A DNA stretch of 64,000 nt from an uncultured Hormoscilla sp. (GTDB lineage: Bacteria > Cyanobacteriota > Cyanobacteriia > Cyanobacteriales > Desertifilaceae): positions 3,520,001 through 3,584,000 of the forward strand of contig OZ001293.3 of the NCBI GenBank assembly GCA_963921275.4, given 5' to 3'. The translations under genes were made by a program, and so were the position numbers. The notes beneath the pieces were generated by a model, which was not told where the DNA came from, searched no databases, and saw only the letters and a list, made by a program, of their open reading frames with translations. Below, in pieces: positions 57,735 to 64,000 of this stretch (position 1 is its first letter; every line of letters starts with the position of its first letter).

Positions 57735-57794
57735 TATAACTGGCCCAATCAGCTCAATTTTTCAGGTGGGCAATGCCCAAAAAGCCCGATCGCC

Positions 57795-59585
57795 CTAAGG
57801 GGGAACCATGATTTTTTGGCCCCCAGCAAGTCCAAAGGTAGCATGGATAGCTTGTAAGGCTTTCACTCCTTCTGCTTCTGCTACGACGCAGCTAATTTTG
57901 ATTTCTGAAGTAGCAATCATTTCGATGTTAATCTGCTGTGCGGCTAAGGCGGCAAACATCTGGGCCGCTACGCAGGGATGCTTGACCATCCCTATACCAA
58001 CAGCGCTGACTTTGGCGATCGCCCTACGAACTACAATTTCACTATAGCCCCATTCCGATCGCAGTTCTGCTAAAGCCAGCCGGGCAACTTCCACATGGCT
58101 TTGTGCTACAGTAAAGGCAATATCGCGAGTCAGGACGCCATTAATCACCCGACAGCGCTGGGACTGGATAATTATATCAACGCCGATCTGATGTTGGGCT
58201 AGCAGACCGAAGATTTGAGCTGCTATTCCCGGGCGATCGGGTACAGACAGGATCGCCAAACGCGCTTGATTTCTATCCAGGGCCACACCCCGGACGGGAG
58301 TTTCTGGATATTGACTGCTTTGAGTTGCTTGATGACTGCTGACATCGAAGGCTTGGCAGAGGATCTTCACCGCCCGATCGCCTTCTTGGGCATCGATCGT
58401 GCAGCTGACTTTGATCTCCGATGCGGAAATCATTCCGATATTAATCCCCGCATCTGCTAGAGTAGCAAACATCTGGGCTGCCACGCCGGGACGCCCGATC
58501 ATCCCCGCACCCACAATACTGACTTTGGCAATATTATTGTCTGCCATCACCTCACAATTGCCCTGACTGCTTCCCAAAGCTGGTAGAATAGCAGTTGCCA
58601 CCGCTGACGCCCGACTGGCAGCATTGCTAGCAACGGTAAAGGCAATGTCATTACTATTGCCTTCGTGGATCGATTGGATAATCAGATCTACATCTATATC
58701 CTGACGCCCAATCTCGCCAAACAACTCTGCTGCTACTCCCGGGCGATCGGGCACTCGCAGCATGGACACCTTACCTTGATCGGCATCAAATTCCACCGCA
58801 TCTACAGGGTGGACGAGTTCCAAACCTTCTATAGAACGGGCGCAAGGACTTGGGGAGATTACCTTCGTACCCGCCTCATCCGTCCAACTGGATTTTACCA
58901 CTAAAGTAATGCCGTAATTGCGAGCAATCTCCACCGCCCGTGGATGCAGAACTTTCGCACCCAAGCTAGCAAGTTCCAGCATTTCATCGCAGGTTATTTC
59001 CGCCATCACCTGCGCATCCGGTATCAACCTGGGGTCGGCGGTTAAAATCCCCGGCACATCAGTGTAAATTTCGCAGCAGCATGCTTCTAGGGCCGCTGCC
59101 AGTGCCACCGCTGAAGTATCAGAACCCCCCCGTCCCAGGGTGGTAATTTCCAGTTCATCGCTGCTAGTGACGCCTTGGAAACCAGCTACCACCACCACTT
59201 TCCCCTCATCCAGGTGACCGGCTAGCCGTTCTGTAGAAATTTCCAAAATCCGGGCCCGAGAATGTTTCGCTTCCGTAACTATCCCCACTTGTGCCCCCGT
59301 CAGAGAAATCGCCTGTTGTCCCAATTCCTGTAATGCCATACTCAGCAGGGCGATCGAGACTTGTTCCCCCGTAGACAGAAGCATATCCATTTCCCGGCGG
59401 CTGGGATTTGTGGATATTTCTTTGGCTAATTTGACTAAATCATCAGTGGTTTTGCCCATGGCCGAAACCACTACAACTACCGATTTCCCTGCTTGCGCCG
59501 TTTTCTGTACCCGCTGGGCCACTGCTTGGATCCGTTCCACTGTGCCCACCGAGGTGCCACCATATTTTTGGACTATTATTGCCAT
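57795..59585 (-). CDS. lysC: Aspartate kinase (four ACT domains)
   Basis: [33 protein letters not shown] repeats. Confidence 0.96.
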   Translation of the reverse strand: MAIIVQKYGGTSVGTVERIQAVAQRVQKTAQAGKSVVVVVSAMGKTTDDLVKLAKEISTNPSRREMDMLLSTGEQVSIALLSMALQELGQQAISLTGAQVGIVTEAKHSRARILEISTERLAGHLDEGKVVVVAGFQGVTSSDELEITTLGRGGSDTSAVALAAALEACCCEIYTDVPGILTADPRLIPDAQVMAEITCDEMLELASLGAKVLHPRAVEIARNYGITLVVKSSWTDEAGTKVISPSPCARSIEGLELVHPVDAVEFDADQGKVSMLRVPDRPGVAAELFGEIGRQDIDVDLIIQSIHEGNSNDIAFTVASNAASRASAVATAILPALGSSQGNCEVMADNNIAKVSIVGAGMIGRPGVAAQMFATLADAGINIGMISASEIKVSCTIDAQEGDRAVKILCQAFDVSSHQATQSSQYPETPVRGVALDRNQARLAILSVPDRPGIAAQIFGLLAQHQIGVDIIIQSQRCRVINGVLTRDIAFTVAQSHVEVARLALAELRSEWGYSEIVVRRAIAKVSAVGIGMVKHPCVAAQMFAALAAQQINIEMIATSEIKISCVVAEAEGVKALQAIHATFGLAGGQKIMVPP

Positions 59586-59605
59586 ATATCTCCCGATTCT
59601 ACTCA

Positions 59606-59652
59606 CGATGCGCGAGGGGTAGTGCGATTAGCGCGACACCCCGACGGCATCG
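59606..59652. repeat. 47-nt CGAT...ATCG micro-element flanked by ACTCA repeats
   Basis: Matches reverse complement of 60992-61032 except for a 6-nt indel and 2 substitutions. Confidence 0.85.
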
Positions 59653-59663
59653 ACTCAACCCAA

Positions 59664-59703
59664 GACAGGAGTCCCCGCCTGTCCTCAGGCGGGGACTCCT
59701 GTC
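59664..59703. terminator. Long hairpin downstream of tRNA-His
   Basis: GACAGGAGTCCCCGCCTG-TCCT-CAGGCGGGGACTCCTGTC. Confidence 0.6.
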
Positions 59704-59711
59704 CTACGAAG

Positions 59712-59785
59712 GGCGAACGACGGGACTCGAACCCGCGAATGGTGGAACCACAATCCACTGCCTTAACCACTTGGCTACGCTCGCC
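59712..59785 (-). tRNA. trnH: tRNA-His(GTG) with G-1
   Basis: GGCGAGCGTAGCCAAGTGGTTAAGGCAGTGGATTGTGGTTCCACC...GGTTCGAGTCC...CGTTCGCC. Confidence 0.97.
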
Positions 59786-59978
59786 ATACTTTCTCAGAGT
59801 ATAACACTCTCTTCGCACAATTATCCAGATCGTAACTCAAAAATTTGGAGAGTGCTCTCCTCTCCGCACTCGCTCTCCGGCTCGTGCTCCGGGATGCGCC
59901 GGAGATTTCCTCGTTAAGAGGCTCCCGCCTGGGAACAGGCTGCGCTTGCGTTGCAGGAGATTCTAACTATAAACTGCC

Positions 59979-61325
59979 CTAGGGGAGTTTTGTCAAGCAA
60001 GTCGCGATCCGCCGAGCAGCCCCTGGTTTTCCCATCCGCCGCTGGCCATTTTCATAAATCAGCTGTAGCCCGTCTGGGTCACGCAACAGTTTTTCTAGAA
60101 AATCGGCAACCTGACCTGGCTGCTGCACCAGCACCAGAGAAGACCCTAACAGGCGAGACTGGGCTTCGGCAAATGCTGGGGTAAACTGGGGGCCTCCCCC
60201 GGGAATCGCGATCGCGGGTTTTCCTAAGCCCACAAACTGTTCTGTGGCCGTCCCCGCCATGGCGATCGCCACATCTGCCCAGTGCAAGCATTGATTATAA
60301 CCCTTTTCCGTCAGGAGCAATGTCCCATGTTTCTGGATGTAGGTCATGCTTGCATGCAGCTTATAGTATAATCGGTTCTCATCGACACGCGGAAGCCAGC
60401 CGGCTGATTCTGCCATTTCTCCCATCCTCTCTACCGTTAAGAGAGGCGCGATCGCCCCTGCAAATATCACATTTGAACGCCTCCTGCCGAGGATACAAGC
60501 AGCCGTCTGCAGCAGCAACTGCCAATTTTCATAAGCTTCTGGCGATCTCGAACCCGGCAGCAGCAGGATCGTCAGCTGGCGGTCCCGTTCCCCTTTTTCC
60601 CCATTCGGGTGCGCCAAAGCAGCAATTGGCTGTTGGGGCTGTAAATCATCCATCATCGGATTACCCAGATCGAAAACCGGTATTTTACTCTGTTTTAATC
60701 TTGCTCCGATGTGCGATGCGCAGTACGAATAGCGCGCGCGGAGCACATCGGAGGTCAGGGAATCTCTGGGAAAAACGGCCTGACAGCGGCGGCTACTCAT
60801 CAACCAGCGTTCCCAAGGTAGATATACCGAACCGGACCAAGCCTGCCATTCATATCCTGGTAGCACCCCTGCTTCATCCCTCAGGAAATATTCCGACTTG
60901 GCCGTGCCCACAAAAGCATACTTCCCACCGCTCCACCAGGCAAACAATAGCGGTACAATATCCCCTACTGCCAGTATTTTACCTTTCCTTTCGATGCCGT
61001 CGGGGTGTCGTCGCACTACCCCTCCCCCATCGAGGGATCCCCCTATCCAACGGCGTACTGCTTGCCACTGGGCGATCGTCAGGCCCAGTAAGCCACCCCT
61101 TAGATCCCGCCACAGCTGACGCCCATCCATATATATAAAGCCACCAGAAGGCATCGGCTTTACTGGACCGATTATCGGAATCCCCAGTTCGCGGTACGCA
61201 ACTCCCTCTCCTACTAAGGGCAGGGCTGCTAACTCCAGAGGCCCCGCGAAGGATTTTAGTTGGCGCAGGATTCTGACAGCGATCGCATCTTCTCCATGTC
61301 CGTTACTCAGGCAAAGTAGCTTCAT
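59979..61325 (-). CDS. Lipid-A-disaccharide synthase-related conserved protein with two hairpin inserts
   Basis: LSNGHGED, MPSGGF, GTAKSEY, LGNPMMD, LLPGSR, MAGTATEQFVGLGKP. Confidence 0.88.
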   Translation of the reverse strand: MKLLCLSNGHGEDAIAVRILRQLKSFAGPLELAALPLVGEGVAYRELGIPIIGPVKPMPSGGFIYMDGRQLWRDLRGGLLGLTIAQWQAVRRWIGGSLDGGGVVRRHPDGIERKGKILAVGDIVPLLFAWWSGGKYAFVGTAKSEYFLRDEAGVLPGYEWQAWSGSVYLPWERWLMSSRRCQAVFPRDSLTSDVLRARYSYCASHIGARLKQSKIPVFDLGNPMMDDLQPQQPIAALAHPNGEKGERDRQLTILLLPGSRSPEAYENWQLLLQTAACILGRRRSNVIFAGAIAPLLTVERMGEMAESAGWLPRVDENRLYYKLHASMTYIQKHGTLLLTEKGYNQCLHWADVAIAMAGTATEQFVGLGKPAIAIPGGGPQFTPAFAEAQSRLLGSSLVLVQQPGQVADFLEKLLRDPDGLQLIYENGQRRMGKPGAARRIATCLTKLP

Positions 61326-61355
61326 CTTCTCTTTTGGTGATTTCTGACTGGTGAC

Positions 61356-61442
61356 GGCAAACGCTTTAGCGTTTACTACGAACGGGCAAACGCTTTAGCG
61401 TTTACTACGAACGGGCAAACGCTTTAGCGTTTACTACGAACG
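61356..61442. repeat. Three tandem 29-bp REP-like units
   Basis: GGCAAACGCTTTAGCGTTTACTACGAACG x3; single inverted copy near 23339. Confidence 0.95.
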
Positions 61443-61484
61443 GGGCTTTACAATAGCTAAAAGCACAGAAACAATTCTTGCCAT

Positions 61485-63629
61485 ATGTCCAAATTTTCGT
61501 CTTTAGAACAAGCACTTAAGCATTTTTTCGGTTATGACAGCTTCCGTCCGGGACAGCGCCAGATCGTCCAAGCGGCACTCGGCCAGCAAGATTTACTCAT
61601 TGTCATGCCCACTGGTGGCGGCAAATCCCTTTGTTTCCAGCTGCCTGCCCTGCTGCAACCAGGTTTAGCTATTGTGGTCTCCCCCCTCATTGCCCTCATG
61701 CAGGACCAAGTCGAAGCCCTGCTGGATAATGGCATTGGCGCGACTTTTCTCAATAGTACCCTCAGTAATGCCGAAATGCGATCGCGCGAACGAGACATCC
61801 TCAACGGGCAGATTAAACTCCTCTACCTGGCCCCCGAACGTCTGTTAGCAGAAAGATTTCTCCCTTTCTTAGGAATGATCCAACAGAAAATTGGCATTAG
61901 CGCCTTTGCCATTGACGAAGCCCACTGCGTATCCGAGTGGGGGCACGATTTTCGGCCCGAATATCGGCAAATGCGACTGTTACGAGAGCTTTACCCAGAT
62001 ATCCCCCTCATGGCCCTAACTGCCACTGCTACTGAGCGCGTCCGCCAAGATATTATTCAACAGTTAGAATTGCGACAACCCTACATTCATATTGCCAGCT
62101 TCAATCGTCCCAATCTCTACTATGAAGTCCGCCCCAAAACTCAGCAAAGCTACGCCGAATTATTCGGGCTGATTTCTCAGACTAGCGGTGCTGTGATTGT
62201 CTATTGTCTCAGTCGGAGTCAAGTAGAGGAACTCGCCCTCCGACTGCAGGGCGATGGCATCAAAGCTTTACCTTACCATGCTGGCTTAGAAGACTCGAAA
62301 CGGGCAACTAATCAAACTCGCTTCATTCGCGATGATATCCAGGTGATTGTCGCTACTATCGCCTTTGGCATGGGTATCAATAAACCCGATGTCCGCTTTG
62401 TCATCCATTACAACTTACCCCGCAACCTGGAGGCATATTATCAAGAATCAGGTCGGGCGGGACGAGATGGAGAACCAGCACGCTGCTCCTTGTTTTTCAG
62501 TTATAGCGATCTCAAGAAAATTGAGTGGATGCTAGACCAAAAAGAAAACGAAAAGGAAAGGCGCATTGCCTATCAACAGTTGCGTCAGGTGATTGACTAC
62601 GCTGAGGGAACAGACTGTCGGCGCACCATCCAATTGGGTTATTTTGGTGAGAGTTTTCCAGGTAATTGCGACTGCTGCGATAACTGTCGCCATCCCCAAC
62701 CTACCGAAGATTGGACTGTCGAAGCGATGAAGTTTCTCTCTTGCGTCGCCCGTTCTCAAGAACGCTTCGGGATGGTTCATATTATCGATATATTACGGGG
62801 TTCTCGGAATAAGAAAGTCCTGCAAAACGGTCACGATAAACTTTCTACATACGGTATAGGTAAAGATAAAACTGTTGAGGAGTGGAAAATGCTAGCCCGT
62901 TCTCTACTTCACCAAGGTTTATTAAATCAAACCACAGATGGTTATAGCATCCTCAAGCTGAACCAACTCAGTTGGGAAGTTATGCGGCGGAAGTCTTCTG
63001 TTCAGATTGCTGTACCAAAGAAACAGGCGATCGCATCCCAGAAAAAAACTGCTGCTGCTGGAGAAATGCTATTTCAGCGGTTGCGAGTGCTGCGCAAAAA
63101 GCTAGCTGACGCCCAAGGCGTCCCACCTTATACGATCTTTTCCGACCCCAGTCTGATGCAGATGGCACAGCAGCAACCCCAAACTCTAGCAGAATTTGCC
63201 CGCCTTGACGGCGTCAACCGTCACAAAGCCAAACAATATGGCTTGTCTTTCCTGAGTGAAATTAAAGCTTACTGCCAACAGCAATCATCTGTTTCACTAT
63301 CTCAGGGCGGCAATAATAGTCGCTTGTATCTGACCAATACTTTATCCTTGACCTTAGAGTTATATCAACAAGGTCACAGTCCTGAAGAAATTGCCGAAAA
63401 GCGCAACCTCAAGTCTACCACAATCATGGGTCATCTAGCAGAATTGATCGAGATGCAGCAGCCCGTAAATGTAGACAAGATAGTCCCCCAAAAACGTCAA
63501 CAACCCATATTACAAGCAATTCAACAGGTGGGGACTTCTTCCCTCAAAACTATTTACGAACATCTCCAAGAATGCTATAGTTATGGGGAAATACGTCTGG
63601 TCCTCGCATCCTGGCGACAAAATCAGTAG
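61485..63629 (+). CDS. recQ: ATP-dependent DNA helicase RecQ
   Basis: MPTGGGKSLC, DEAHC, QESGRAGRDG, Zn-binding Cys, RQC and HRDC regions. Confidence 0.97.
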   Translation: MSKFSSLEQALKHFFGYDSFRPGQRQIVQAALGQQDLLIVMPTGGGKSLCFQLPALLQPGLAIVVSPLIALMQDQVEALLDNGIGATFLNSTLSNAEMRSRERDILNGQIKLLYLAPERLLAERFLPFLGMIQQKIGISAFAIDEAHCVSEWGHDFRPEYRQMRLLRELYPDIPLMALTATATERVRQDIIQQLELRQPYIHIASFNRPNLYYEVRPKTQQSYAELFGLISQTSGAVIVYCLSRSQVEELALRLQGDGIKALPYHAGLEDSKRATNQTRFIRDDIQVIVATIAFGMGINKPDVRFVIHYNLPRNLEAYYQESGRAGRDGEPARCSLFFSYSDLKKIEWMLDQKENEKERRIAYQQLRQVIDYAEGTDCRRTIQLGYFGESFPGNCDCCDNCRHPQPTEDWTVEAMKFLSCVARSQERFGMVHIIDILRGSRNKKVLQNGHDKLSTYGIGKDKTVEEWKMLARSLLHQGLLNQTTDGYSILKLNQLSWEVMRRKSSVQIAVPKKQAIASQKKTAAAGEMLFQRLRVLRKKLADAQGVPPYTIFSDPSLMQMAQQQPQTLAEFARLDGVNRHKAKQYGLSFLSEIKAYCQQQSSVSLSQGGNNSRLYLTNTLSLTLELYQQGHSPEEIAEKRNLKSTTIMGHLAELIEMQQPVNVDKIVPQKRQQPILQAIQQVGTSSLKTIYEHLQECYSYGEIRLVLASWRQNQ

Positions 63630-64000
63630 GAGCCGGGGCACAAATCAGTAACATTTTAATCTGAACCGAAAGATCTCTGATTTTTGCCCCTACTATATTG
63701 GCGATCGCATCCTATCAGGGCACAGGGTCCGTCACGAATAATTTGATTATTTTTATTAAGTGCGAGCGTCCAAAATCAAGTCTCTTAACACAAAATTTTA
63801 TTATATAAACTCCGATATGAAAAGAGATAAAAAATATTTATAAAACCTCTTTAACTTCAGAAGTTAATGTATTCAATTAAAAAGGAAGAGTTTCCAGGAA
63901 AGCAATGTCAGAATCACCCGAACCAACCGTCGAAAGAGAAGATGCTCAACATTCTTACACATTTCTAATATTCGGGGCTGTTTTCAGTAAAAGAAAAGGA

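Noticed and set aside
61356..61442. Mini CRISPR array
   Set aside because: The 29-bp units abut directly with no spacers.
1..64000. GCGATCGC over-representation as a novel repeat
   Set aside because: This is the well-known cyanobacterial HIP1.

Overview
Cyanobacterial chromosome segment: abundant HIP1 GCGATCGC sites, psaAB/psaL/psaI/psaK, apcF, NtcA-type glnA promoter, pilT2, wecB, trpF, lysC, tRNA-His, recQ. Intact housekeeping genes are interspersed with many pseudogenes and decayed IS elements (IS630, ISAzo13, IS5, IS4, IS1634, ISKra4; only IS982 looks intact). This suggests a genome under erosion, possibly a host-associated filamentous cyanobacterium (inference). Most notable: (1) a family of 40-47 nt CGAT...ATCG hairpin micro-elements that nest three deep (40664-40786) and also sit in frame inside a protein gene; (2) two related ORF-less group II introns with different exon-binding sites, one splitting the catalytic triad of an NlpC/P60 gene and one inserted antisense inside an RT-encoding intron; (3) 21-24 nt SDR-like inserts with a filled/empty site pair; (4) an atypical Pro-loop PsaL and several PsaB substitutions near P700, with a triplicated HLR1-like site upstream of psaA. 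No CRISPR array or rRNA was seen. All family assignments come from motif recognition, not database searches.
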